This document shows positions 36,651 through 45,527 of a stretch of 64,000 nt of DNA, piece by piece; within the stretch, counting starts at the first letter, position 1; each line of letters starts with the position of its first letter. The DNA is from Xanthobacteraceae bacterium. Lineage in GTDB: Bacteria > Pseudomonadota > Alphaproteobacteria > Rhizobiales > Xanthobacteraceae. The notes under the pieces are model-generated. The model made no database searches, had not been told where the DNA came from, and worked only from the letters and a program-made list of their open reading frames with translations. Location: assembly GCA_022844205.1 (NCBI GenBank), contig JALHMF010000004.1, positions 52,979 through 116,978 on the forward strand, written 5' to 3'. A program made the translations under genes and the position numbers.

Positions 36651-38029
36651 GCGTTTTGCTCGGACGCAACCAGGCGCTCAAGGCCGATGGATTGGGCGCG
36701 CCCTCTGCTGGCGCGCATGCACTGCGCATGCAGCTCAATTACGGCTTCAATGAAATTTACGGCTGGTGGCATCTTTCGGAGGGGGAGCACCGGGAGCGCA
36801 TCCAGCGCCGTCTGCGGCTGATGGGAACCAAGGTTATTCGCGTCTTCGCGTTCGATCAGCCCGTGCCGGACCCAGTGAAGGACTGGCGTTCGTTTTCCGC
36901 CTACCTGCAAGGTGTGCTGGATGCGGGCGCGAAGCCGATGGTCACCTTCGCAAAATTCCATCCGCCGTTCGGCGACGCCCGCAATATTGGCAATTTCGTC
37001 TCGCGATGCTCCGAACTTGTCTGGAGCTGCATCGAGCAGTGGGGCGGCGACGAAGTGAAGGACTGGTACTGGTGCGTCTGGAATGAGCCGAACAACCTCC
37101 TTGTCGGCGGCGATCTCAGCTTTTCCGAATACAAGCGCATCTACAAGGAAGTTGCCGCTGCGGTGCTGGTGCAACTTGAGCCGCATCTTCGCGGCCGCAA
37201 GCTGATGCTGGGCGGCCCCGCCATCGACGGTACGCACCGCATGTACTGGATGGACTGGATCGCGCGCCTCGTGAACGAGGTCGATGAGAAAATGATCGGC
37301 TTCGTCTCCTGGCATCGTTACGGCGACTGGCGCCCGGCGGTGCCCAGCGCATCGCTCGGCCTTGAAATGTGGGGCTCGCCCGATTCCCCGAACGGCCGCG
37401 TATTCGAAGCGCTCCTGATGGCGCAGACGCCGGCCTATGAAGCGAATGCGCGCGGCGTCGGCAGGCTCATCGGTGGACGAAAAATCCTGAACGTCTGCGG
37501 CGAACTGAATGCCATGTCGCATCACGAGCAATATTACACGCTCGGCCTGAACCAGAATGCGTTTGGCGGCGCCTATTATTGCTCGGCACTGATCGGGCTG
37601 ATCCGCGGCGGTGCCGAGCTTGAAATGCGCTGGACGGCCACCATCCATACCGATGCTTATGGTCTTGTCGCTATGAATGGCGATCCGACGCCGGCCGGCC
37701 TTGCCAAGCAGATTTTCGCGCAGCATGTGCGCCACGGCGATCTCATCCGCTTCCCGCGTAACCGCCTCGGAGCGACGGACGTGGACGCGATTTTCTCGGA
37801 TGGCGAGGACGGCCGCCGCAGCGGCGTGTTTGTCAACATGTCTTCGAATCCGGAGACGCTCGACGCAGCGGAATGGGATGATGCGCTGAAAACTTGCGGC
37901 GATATTCTGCTCGTGGACACCGGCACCGGAAACAGCGTAATGCGGCTGCCCTTCGATGGAAAAATCCGCTTCAATGGGTATGGAGTAGCGGTCGTTACCA
38001 ACCGCGCTGACGCGACTGAGATCGGCTGA
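36647..38029 (+). CDS. clan GH-A (TIM-barrel) glycoside hydrolase-like protein, GH39/GH5-like, with no signal peptide
   Basis: 460 aa from GTG 36647 (GTGA overlap with paralogue 3). WYWCVWNEPN carries the NEP acid/base motif of clan GH-A. A candidate nucleophile lies in NVCGELNAM. The N-terminus MSVLLGRNQALKADGLGAPSAG is not signal-like. Confidence 0.5.
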   Translation: MSVLLGRNQALKADGLGAPSAGAHALRMQLNYGFNEIYGWWHLSEGEHRERIQRRLRLMGTKVIRVFAFDQPVPDPVKDWRSFSAYLQGVLDAGAKPMVTFAKFHPPFGDARNIGNFVSRCSELVWSCIEQWGGDEVKDWYWCVWNEPNNLLVGGDLSFSEYKRIYKEVAAAVLVQLEPHLRGRKLMLGGPAIDGTHRMYWMDWIARLVNEVDEKMIGFVSWHRYGDWRPAVPSASLGLEMWGSPDSPNGRVFEALLMAQTPAYEANARGVGRLIGGRKILNVCGELNAMSHHEQYYTLGLNQNAFGGAYYCSALIGLIRGGAELEMRWTATIHTDAYGLVAMNGDPTPAGLAKQIFAQHVRHGDLIRFPRNRLGATDVDAIFSDGEDGRRSGVFVNMSSNPETLDAAEWDDALKTCGDILLVDTGTGNSVMRLPFDGKIRFNGYGVAVVTNRADATEIG

Positions 38030-38074
38030 TTGAAATGTTCGCGGGCATGAGCCTGCGGGATAAGGGAGAGAAAC

Positions 38075-38635
38075 GTGGATAAGGCGTTTGGATGGATCGG
38101 GGAAATTTTCCAGACTCTCCTGAGAGTGGTGCCCTGGCTCGTGATCGTGCCGGCGACACACCGGGGAGTGGCATTTGTCCGTGGCTTCAAGGTCAAGGAG
38201 TGGCCACCCGGCTTGCACTGGTACTGGCCGGTTGTGACCACCTACAAGCTGATGACGGTCGTCCGCCAGACGCAGCGTATTCAGTCCAAGGTCATCATGA
38301 CCAAGGATCTGAAAACCGTAACCGTCGGCGCCCTCGTGACCTATGAGGTGGACGATGTGGTTTCCGCGATCGCCAAGGTCGCCGACCTGCCGTCCGACAT
38401 CATGGAGCGATCGCAGGGCGCCATTCTCTCAGTGGTTGCGGAAAGCACCGTTGAGGAAATCCAGAACAATCGCACGCTGTTCAACCAGCAGCTGACCGAG
38501 CGGGTCGGCAATGTGCTGAACGGCTATGGCGTGCAGATTCTGCAAGCGCAGCTTACCGAGTTCGCGCCTTGCCGCGCGCTGGCGATTAACGGCAACGTGG
38601 CGGTTGGCAGTTACACGCTATGGACCGGATTTTGA
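38075..38635 (+). CDS. SPFH/band-7 domain protein with N-terminal membrane anchor
   Basis: 186 aa from GTG 38075. It has a hydrophobic N-terminus (IFQTLLRVVPWLVIVP) followed by an SPFH-like core (RGVAFVRGFKVKEWPPGLHWYWP ... MTKDLKTVTVGALVTYEV ... YGVQILQAQLTEF). Confidence 0.65.
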   Translation: MDKAFGWIGEIFQTLLRVVPWLVIVPATHRGVAFVRGFKVKEWPPGLHWYWPVVTTYKLMTVVRQTQRIQSKVIMTKDLKTVTVGALVTYEVDDVVSAIAKVADLPSDIMERSQGAILSVVAESTVEEIQNNRTLFNQQLTERVGNVLNGYGVQILQAQLTEFAPCRALAINGNVAVGSYTLWTGF

Positions 38636-38662
38636 GATCGAGAGCGCGCGCTCCCGTTCTCC

Positions 38663-39046
38663 TTATTTTTTCTTGCCGTCCTTGTCGAACTGCTTGAGAA
38701 ACGCGATGATATCGGCAATGCGCTGCTCGCCCTTCAAGCCCGCATACACCATCTTGGTGCCTGGAATTTTTTCTTTCGGGTTCTGGATATATTCGGCAAA
38801 GACCTTCTCGTCCCAGACGATGCCGGACTTCTTGTTGGCATCGGAATAATTATAGCCATCGACCGTTCCGGCCGTGCGCCCGAAGAGGCCGTTGAGCAGG
38901 GGCCCGACGGTATTCTTCGCCGTCTCGCCGACCTGATGGCAGGCGCGGCACTGCACGAATACTTTCTCGCCGGCTGCGGCATCTTGCGCCTGCGCGGAGG
39001 GTACGAAGCTAAGGATGGCAGCCGCAGTTAGTACGAACTTCTTCAT
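38663..39046 (-). CDS. class I c-type cytochrome (cytochrome c2/c550-like), periplasmic
   Basis: 127 aa with signal peptide MKKFVLTAAAILSFVPSAQA, haem site CRACH and distal Met block PGTKMVYAG. Confidence 0.85.
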   Translation of the reverse strand: MKKFVLTAAAILSFVPSAQAQDAAAGEKVFVQCRACHQVGETAKNTVGPLLNGLFGRTAGTVDGYNYSDANKKSGIVWDEKVFAEYIQNPKEKIPGTKMVYAGLKGEQRIADIIAFLKQFDKDGKKK

Positions 39047-39068
39047 GGTTTCCTCGATGGATTTGTTT

Positions 39069-40058
39069 TCAGGATAAAGGCGTGAAACGAAATTCCGTTC
39101 CCTTTGTCTCGACCATCCCGTGGCCGGGCCAGGCGATATGGAATGCGATCAGCGGCATTCGCTCTGCGGCAAGCAGACCGAGCATTTTCTTCCGCGTCGC
39201 AATTCCTTTCTCGTGATCGAAATCGGCGCCGACGCGCCAGCCGGGGCGTGCGAAGGAAATTACACCATTGTTAAACACATCACCGCCGATCAGCAGGCGC
39301 TCCTTGCCGCTTTCGAGCATCACGCACATGTGGCCCGGCGTATGACCGGCGGAATCGATATAGCTCAGCCCGGGCGCAACCGCGTCGCCTGCTTTGCGGC
39401 GTTCGATCTTGTTCTCGATTTTCTTCAGGATGCGCGCGGTTCCAATCGCCATGCCCTTCAGCCAGTCCGGCGCCTTCTCGGCGGTTTTGGGATCCATCCA
39501 GAAATCCCATTCGGGGGCAGAGATAATGTAGCTCGCATTGGGGAAACGAGCGCCTTCGTCGAAATCGTCCACGGCGCCCCAGAGATGATCGGCATGCGCA
39601 TGGGTGAAGACGACCTTGGTGATTTTCGCGGGATCGATGCCCGCGGCTTCCAGATTTTCCACGAGCTTGCCCGCGGTCGGCTGGAAGTTGGGACCGGAGC
39701 CCGCGTCAATCAGCACCAGATCGTTGCCGGTTTTGATCAGCGTTACGTTCGTCTGCGATTGTGAAAATTCCTCCGGCTGCCCGTGTGCTTTCAGCAGCGA
39801 GGCGATCTCCGCCGCTGCATTGTCCGGCAGCGCAAACGATTGCGGCACCATCAGCGTGCCGTCGCTGAACACGAAAACCTCAAGCGCTCCAAGTTTTCGC
39901 CTGAATGGAGCGGTGGCGGCGAGGGAAGGCGAGCTCGCCATTCCGGTGACGATACCTGCCGCCGCCATCCCGAGCAGCACGCGGCGGCGATGCGGAAACC
40001 TGTCCCGCATCGCGCGCTTCGTGTTGTTCCTTAAATCAGCCGGACCGGAATTCATCAC
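39069..40058 (-). CDS. soxH: Tat-exported MBL-fold metallohydrolase, SoxH-like
   Basis: 329 aa with Tat motif HRRRVLLGMAAAG and metallo-beta-lactamase motif VVFTHAHADHLWG. It sits directly downstream of soxF (ATGA overlap), matching the position of soxH in the Paracoccus sox cluster. Confidence 0.7.
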   Translation of the reverse strand: MMNSGPADLRNNTKRAMRDRFPHRRRVLLGMAAAGIVTGMASSPSLAATAPFRRKLGALEVFVFSDGTLMVPQSFALPDNAAAEIASLLKAHGQPEEFSQSQTNVTLIKTGNDLVLIDAGSGPNFQPTAGKLVENLEAAGIDPAKITKVVFTHAHADHLWGAVDDFDEGARFPNASYIISAPEWDFWMDPKTAEKAPDWLKGMAIGTARILKKIENKIERRKAGDAVAPGLSYIDSAGHTPGHMCVMLESGKERLLIGGDVFNNGVISFARPGWRVGADFDHEKGIATRKKMLGLLAAERMPLIAFHIAWPGHGMVETKGTEFRFTPLS

Positions 40059-41329
40059 GCGAAGATGTCGGCGATGATGCCCGAGTACCAGCCCATGTTT
40101 TCTTCCTGGGTTTGCTTGCGAACTTCCGGCGACTCGCCGGTCTTCGAGAGAAAAGTCGAGCTGGCGAAAATCTTGCCGTCCTTCGCCTCGTAGCTGCCGC
40201 CGATCTTGATGGTGTCGTCGGTTTCGATGAGGCTCCAGCAGGTGTTGGTGTAGCGGGCCGGGAACGTATCCGACTTGATTAGGTCTCCCCGGATCATCAT
40301 GGCCGCGACCTTCGCCTGGCTGTTGGCGGAAAAACCGGACTTCGGCATGTCGCCCGGAATGCAGCTGTCGCCCACGATGTAGATGTTCTCGTCCATCGCG
40401 GACTGCATGCTCTCCGGTTTGATCGGGCAGAAGCCGCTGTCATTGGCGAGCTTCGCGTCGAGGGCGATTTTCCCGGCCGATTGCGCCGGGATGACGTTGA
40501 TGAGGTTTGCCTTGTAGGTGGCGAGGTCGGTCGTCACCGTCATCGCCTTGGCGTCCACGCCTTTCAGGCCGCCGTGCATTTTCGGATCCTGCCATTCGAT
40601 CATGCCGGGGTAATGCTTTTCCCAGCCTTCGACGAACAGCGCCTGCTTCGAGAAAGCAGGCTTCGGATCGATGCAGATGATCTTCGATTTCTTATGGCCC
40701 TTCGCCTTGAGCACATGCGCCATCATGGAGAGGCGTTCATAGGGTCCGGGCGGGCAGCGGAAAGGATTCGGCGGGGCGATCATGACGATGGTCGCGCCGT
40801 CGGAAAGGCTGTCGAGCTGCTTCTTGAGAAGCACCGTTTGCGGGCCGGCTTTCCAGGCATGCGGCAGCTGTTCTTCCACCGCCTGCGAATAGCCCGGAAC
40901 GGATTCGTATTTCAGTTCGATGCCCGGTGCGAGTACCAGCTTGTCGTAGCCAATCGTGGAGCCGTCGGCGAGCCGCACGGTCTTCTTCTCGCGGTCGATG
41001 CCGGACGCCATCTGCTGGTTGAGGCGGACGCCGTATTTCGAGGCAAGCGCCCCGTAGCTGTGGGTGATCGAATCCAGCGGACGGAATCCGCCGAGATACA
41101 AATTCGAGTGGAAGCAGGTGGTGAAGCTCTTGGCCGGCTCCACGAGCGTCACGTCGATGGCGCCCTTGGCATCGCGTGCGATGTATTTTGCGACTGTGGC
41201 GCCGCCCGGGCCACCGCCGACAACGACGACACGCGGCTTGGCCTGCGCGATGGCGGGCGCGTAAAGACCCGAGGAAAGGGCGACTGCACCCGCGCCCGCG
41301 AGAAACTGTCTGCGATTGGTAGAAAACAT
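40055..41329 (-). CDS. soxF: flavocytochrome c sulfide dehydrogenase flavoprotein (SoxF/FccB type)
   Basis: 424 aa from ATG 41329, preceded by GGGAGG. It has Tat signal NRRQFLAGAGAVAL, FAD fold VVVVGGGPGGATVAKY and an FCSD-type C-terminal domain. Confidence 0.85.
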   Translation of the reverse strand: MFSTNRRQFLAGAGAVALSSGLYAPAIAQAKPRVVVVGGGPGGATVAKYIARDAKGAIDVTLVEPAKSFTTCFHSNLYLGGFRPLDSITHSYGALASKYGVRLNQQMASGIDREKKTVRLADGSTIGYDKLVLAPGIELKYESVPGYSQAVEEQLPHAWKAGPQTVLLKKQLDSLSDGATIVMIAPPNPFRCPPGPYERLSMMAHVLKAKGHKKSKIICIDPKPAFSKQALFVEGWEKHYPGMIEWQDPKMHGGLKGVDAKAMTVTTDLATYKANLINVIPAQSAGKIALDAKLANDSGFCPIKPESMQSAMDENIYIVGDSCIPGDMPKSGFSANSQAKVAAMMIRGDLIKSDTFPARYTNTCWSLIETDDTIKIGGSYEAKDGKIFASSTFLSKTGESPEVRKQTQEENMGWYSGIIADIFA

Positions 41330-41354
41330 TGCGTACCTCCCGAGTATTTTTTGA

Positions 41355-41708
41355 CTACTGTTTTCCATGCCCCGCTTGCGGCAGGCTTCCGAAAAATGCG
41401 GCAAGGGCCGCCACTTCCTTCTCCGACAGCCGGCCCGCGATCGTCTGCATCACCGGATTGTCGCGCTTTTTGCTGCGATATTCGTTCATGATCTCAATGA
41501 AACTCGATTCTGGCCAGCCCACGATCGCCGGGATGCCGACGAAGTTACCGCTCAACTGATGGCAGGTCACGCACTCGCTGGAAAGATATTGGCCATAGGC
41601 TTTGTCGCCGGAAGTCTGTGCTGTTCCCGGCAGCCAGGGTGTTATGGCGAGAATCAAAATGAAAAAAAACAACAAAGACGGAGCGTATATTGCGGCCGGG
41701 AAATTCAT
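41355..41708 (-). CDS. soxE: small monohaem c-type cytochrome (SoxE/FccA-like partner of SoxF)
   Basis: 117 aa from ATG 41708, with a hydrophobic signal and a single CVTCH haem site. It lies between soxD and soxF. Confidence 0.65.
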   Translation of the reverse strand: MNFPAAIYAPSLLFFFILILAITPWLPGTAQTSGDKAYGQYLSSECVTCHQLSGNFVGIPAIVGWPESSFIEIMNEYRSKKRDNPVMQTIAGRLSEKEVAALAAFFGSLPQAGHGKQ

Positions 41709-42418
41709 TCCACTCTCGGGCCTTTGCCCGTTTCCGGCGTCACGTCGATTACACGCGCGCGGCCTGTGACTTTCGCCTCGCCGGGGGCGCAGTTCTTCAT
41801 GCATGGTTCTTTTCGCCAGAACGCGCGCTCCGATTTTTCGCGGTCATCTTCGGTGAAATTCGCCTGGTTCGGAAGTTTGATCGAAGAAAAATTCTTGTCA
41901 TTCAACTCGAATTTCTCATCTTTAATCACGTCGTTCAAATACAGCACATAGGCGGTCACCGCATAAAGCTCGTCGTTGGTGAGCGTCTGGGCGGCCCCAT
42001 AAGGCATCGCCCGGCGGATATAGTCGATCAGCGTGGAGGCATAGGGCCAGTAGGATCCGACCGATTTCACCGGATCGTGACTGGCGAGCGTAGCATTGCC
42101 GCCGCTGAGGATCGGCCAGCGTCCCGCGCTCTCGCCGAACTCGCCGTGGCATGAGGCACAGCGCTCGACATAGATCGGCTCGCCTTCCTTTACCGTACCT
42201 TTTCCGGGCGGAAGTCCCTGGCCGTCCGGGCGGATGTCGATGTCCCAGCCGGCGATTTCCTCGGGCTTCGCTTCGCGGCCGATGCCGAGCGGCTTCGGTT
42301 TCGCTTTCTGTGCCTGTGCATGAACAAGGCGCGGCTCGATCATTTGCGTAACGCCGAAAGTCAGCACGGCGACCAAAAACGCTCCGAACAGCGCGAAGGC
42401 CTTAGGAGACTTCGACAT
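41705..42418 (-). CDS. soxD: sulfane dehydrogenase cytochrome c subunit SoxD (short monohaem form)
   Basis: 237 aa from ATG 42418 (MSKSPKAFALFGAFLV), overlapping the soxC stop by 17 nt. It has a single CASCH site plus the WPYASTLIDYIRRAMP block typical of SoxD. Confidence 0.8.
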   Translation of the reverse strand: MSKSPKAFALFGAFLVAVLTFGVTQMIEPRLVHAQAQKAKPKPLGIGREAKPEEIAGWDIDIRPDGQGLPPGKGTVKEGEPIYVERCASCHGEFGESAGRWPILSGGNATLASHDPVKSVGSYWPYASTLIDYIRRAMPYGAAQTLTNDELYAVTAYVLYLNDVIKDEKFELNDKNFSSIKLPNQANFTEDDREKSERAFWRKEPCMKNCAPGEAKVTGRARVIDVTPETGKGPRVE

Positions 42419-43691
42419 TCTCAACCTCGCCGGTCTTGCGGACATGCCAGGTCTGGATGCCGTTGTTGTGGTAGACGGAATTCACGCCGCGGATTTTCCG
42501 AAGTTCGTTTTTCGTGGGTTGCACGTAGCCCGTTTCGTCCATTGCGCGCGACTGGATCAGCAACTCACCGCCGTCCCAGTCGAACTCGTAATAGAAACGA
42601 ACCAGCGCCTTGTCCCAGACCGGCCCGTCGATGCGCGCGCTCCGCCAGTTGCGGCCGCCGTCAAGCGAGACATCCACGCGTGATATTTTTCCGCGGCCCG
42701 ACCAGGCGATGCCGGAGAGCACCGTGAATCCCGAATTGTGCTTGAGCGGTGCTTGCGGGCTTGGGCAGGTGATGACGGATTTTGCATCCATCACATAGGT
42801 GAACTGCCGCGCTTTGCCGTTTTCGAGGAGGTCGGTGTATTTCGACGTCTCCTCGCGGTGGTGCCACGGCTGGTCGCCGACTTCGATGCGGCGCAGCCAT
42901 TTCACCCACATGTTCGCTTCCCAGCCAGGGATCACCGCGCGCACCGGATAGCCGTTTTCCGGATAGAGCATCTCGCCATTCATCCGATAGGCGATGAGCA
43001 CGTCGTCGAGCGCCTTTTGCAGCGGAAGCGAGCGCGTCATCGCGGCGGCATCGCCGCCTTCGAGCAGCAGCCATTTAGCATTTGTCTTCAGGCCAGCTTC
43101 ATCGAGCAGGGTCTTCAGCGTGACGCCGGTGTACATCACGCAATGGACCATGCCGTGCGTGTACTGGCAGCCATCGAGCTGCGCGCCGCGCCATTCCATG
43201 CCGGAGTTGGCCGCGCATTCGCAGAAATAGGGTCGGTTCACGCGCGGCATACGCTTGATGTCGTCGAGCGTGAACAGCAGCGGCTTGTCGACCAGCCCGT
43301 GCAACATCAGACGGTAGTCGGCGGGATCGACTTCCGCGATGCCGGAATGATGCCGCTCGAACAACAGGCCGTTCGGCGTGATATTGCCGTCGAGCGCATG
43401 CAGCGGCGTGAAGCTCACGGAACTTTCGCGCGAGGCCGTGAGCCATTCCACGTCGCGGCGGATGACGTTTTTCTCGAATTCGGAAGGCTTGCCGTAAGCG
43501 CGCACGGCAACCCCTTCGCCAAGGCTGCGCGACCAGTCCGGCACGTTTGGCGGCTGGTTGTCCGGGTTGCCCATGCCGTTCGCGAAGCCGCTGCCGGCGG
43601 CGACCGCCGCGCTCCCCATCGTCAGGCTGCGCCAGAGGAACAGCCGGCGGGTCGGCTCGCGGTCCAGAGTGGGCATCGGGTCTTTCCGCAT
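42402..43691 (-). CDS. soxC: sulfane dehydrogenase molybdopterin subunit SoxC (sulfite-oxidase family)
   Basis: About 429 aa from ATG 43691, with an alternative at 43676. It has Tat motif TRRLFLWRS and a sulfite-oxidase-family Moco domain including the conserved Cys context YFCECAANSG. Confidence 0.85.
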   Translation of the reverse strand: MRKDPMPTLDREPTRRLFLWRSLTMGSAAVAAGSGFANGMGNPDNQPPNVPDWSRSLGEGVAVRAYGKPSEFEKNVIRRDVEWLTASRESSVSFTPLHALDGNITPNGLLFERHHSGIAEVDPADYRLMLHGLVDKPLLFTLDDIKRMPRVNRPYFCECAANSGMEWRGAQLDGCQYTHGMVHCVMYTGVTLKTLLDEAGLKTNAKWLLLEGGDAAAMTRSLPLQKALDDVLIAYRMNGEMLYPENGYPVRAVIPGWEANMWVKWLRRIEVGDQPWHHREETSKYTDLLENGKARQFTYVMDAKSVITCPSPQAPLKHNSGFTVLSGIAWSGRGKISRVDVSLDGGRNWRSARIDGPVWDKALVRFYYEFDWDGGELLIQSRAMDETGYVQPTKNELRKIRGVNSVYHNNGIQTWHVRKTGEVENVEVS

Positions 43692-43719
43692 GACTGGCTC
43701 CGTCAGATGCCCGACAATC

Positions 43720-43735
43720 ATGCAAGAAATTGCAT
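43720..43735. promoter_or_regulatory. perfect 6-4-6 palindrome ATGCAAgaaaTTGCAT in the AT-rich soxB-soxC spacer
   Basis: The 121-bp spacer is the only sizeable gap inside the minus-strand sox gene string and is visibly AT-rich. TTTGCA is repeated nearby (ttttgcattttgc at about 43753-43765). Confidence 0.4.
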
Positions 43736-43812
43736 ATGTCGAGATAAAAAAATTTTGCATTTTGCGGCGAAGGGGACACTGGTTCGCCGTAGAAAATACG
43801 ACCAAGAGACAA

Positions 43813-45495
43813 CTATACTCCCACCACTTTCACGTTGGCGGATTCGCGCGGGGCAACGGCGCCCTTTTTCTTGATGTGGCTGGTCACCACGTCCCAGATC
43901 GCTGGACCTTCGGTGCCCTCGTTCACGCTGGCCCAGCCGCTGACCGTGTATTCCTTTACGGGATCGAGCTTCTGACCCTTGCGTATAAGTACGAGATTGG
44001 AGATGCGCTCGCCGATCTTCCTGTTGATGTCGATTGTGTAGCTGAGCCCGCCGACGCGGACCATGTCGCCCCCCTGCTGATAGTAGGGATCGGGGTTGAA
44101 GAGATTATCAGCCACGTCCTCGAGAATTTCCTTGATGCGTGCGCCGGTCATCTGCATCCGGTAAACATTTGGATAGGAAATGGCGGTCGCGTTGTAGATG
44201 TCCTCGCGCGTGATGTCCTGACCGGGCAGCAGCGAATTGCCCCAGCGGAAGCCGGGCGACAGCGCGATCTCCGCGTCGCGCTCGGCAATGAGTGCATCGC
44301 AAATCACGTCGTCGAGTGTGCCGTTGAAATTGCCGCGCCGGTAAATCAGTGTTTGTGCTGTCCCAATTTTTTCCCGCAGCATCTTTTCATGCGGCTCGCG
44401 GTGCTGGCGAATACGCGCATTCATTTCCGGATCGGATGCAATCGCATCGGAGAAAACCGGGATCAGCTTGAAGCGGAAATCCTTGATCTCGCCGTTACGG
44501 ACTTCCAGATCGAGGCGGGAGACGAATTTTCCGTGGCTACCGGACGCGACCAGCAAGGTCTTTCCGGCCTTCACAACATCCGGAAGCGCATCGTGCGTAT
44601 GCGCGGTCAGGATCACGTCGATGCCGCGCACGCGGGAGGCGAGCTTGCGGTCCACGTCGAAGCCATTGTGCGAGAGCAGCACGACGAGGCTGGCGCCGGC
44701 CTTGCGCGCCTTCTCGACATTCGCCTGCAAATCTTCTTCGCGGATGCCAAACGACCATTTCGGAATCATCCAGCGCGGGTTGGCGATCGGCGTATAGGGG
44801 AATGCCTGTCCGATGATGGCGATTTTCACGCCGCCGCGTTCAACATAGGCGGTCGACTCAAATACCGGCTCGTTCCACTCATTGTCGCGGATGTTTTGCG
44901 CGAGAAAGGGAAAGCCGAGTTTTTCGGTGATTTCCTTCACGCGTTTCTCGCCCAGCGTGAATTCCCAGTGGCCGGTCATGGCGTCGGGCTTCAGGATCGA
45001 CATGCAGTCGATCATGTCCTGACCCTTCGATTGCAGGGCCGTGTAGCTGTTCGTCCAGGTGTCGCCGCCGTCGAGGAAAACCGTGCGGTCGCCGCGCTCG
45101 GCGCGGATCGATTTCACGATGGTCGAAACCCGGTCGAGCCCGCCAAGCTTGCCGTAGGTTTTGCCGAGTGCCGCGAAGTTCTCGAACGTCAGCGCATGCG
45201 CCGCGGCCGAGCCCGCTGGAATCTTGTAACGGTCGAGGAGCGCCTTGCCGGTGAGGTGAGGGACAAGGCCCTTCACTTCGCCGACGCCGATATTGACCGA
45301 AGGCTCGCGGAAATGGACGGGAATGAGTTGCCCGTGAATGTCGGCGACATGCACGAGCGTCACGTTGCCGATCGAATCGAATTTCAGAAGGTCGGCCTGT
45401 GTCAGCCGCTGCTGGGCAAGGGCGCGGGTCCAGCCCGCGGGAAGGATCGCCGCGGTGGCGGCAGCCAACTGGACAAAGTCGCGCCTTGAAAGCAT
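43813..45495 (-). CDS. soxB: thiosulfohydrolase SoxB
   Basis: 560 aa with Tat signal SRRDFVQLAAATAA. The dinuclear-Mn 5'-nucleotidase-type motifs VHVADIHGQ, GGDTW and LLSHNG are present. Confidence 0.95.
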   Translation of the reverse strand: MLSRRDFVQLAAATAAILPAGWTRALAQQRLTQADLLKFDSIGNVTLVHVADIHGQLIPVHFREPSVNIGVGEVKGLVPHLTGKALLDRYKIPAGSAAAHALTFENFAALGKTYGKLGGLDRVSTIVKSIRAERGDRTVFLDGGDTWTNSYTALQSKGQDMIDCMSILKPDAMTGHWEFTLGEKRVKEITEKLGFPFLAQNIRDNEWNEPVFESTAYVERGGVKIAIIGQAFPYTPIANPRWMIPKWSFGIREEDLQANVEKARKAGASLVVLLSHNGFDVDRKLASRVRGIDVILTAHTHDALPDVVKAGKTLLVASGSHGKFVSRLDLEVRNGEIKDFRFKLIPVFSDAIASDPEMNARIRQHREPHEKMLREKIGTAQTLIYRRGNFNGTLDDVICDALIAERDAEIALSPGFRWGNSLLPGQDITREDIYNATAISYPNVYRMQMTGARIKEILEDVADNLFNPDPYYQQGGDMVRVGGLSYTIDINRKIGERISNLVLIRKGQKLDPVKEYTVSGWASVNEGTEGPAIWDVVTSHIKKKGAVAPRESANVKVVGV

Positions 45496-45527
45496 CGAAC
45501 GCTCCGTGTCGCCGCCGGAGCGGGAAC

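Noticed and set aside
36554-38218. 554-aa ORF on the minus strand
   Set aside because: It is antisense to the GH-A-like gene, which is supported by the NEP motif and by translational coupling. Its composition is Arg/Ala-rich and it has no motifs.
43558-45489. 643-aa ORF on the plus strand
   Set aside because: It is exactly antisense to soxB, whose identity is unambiguous. It is a shadow ORF.
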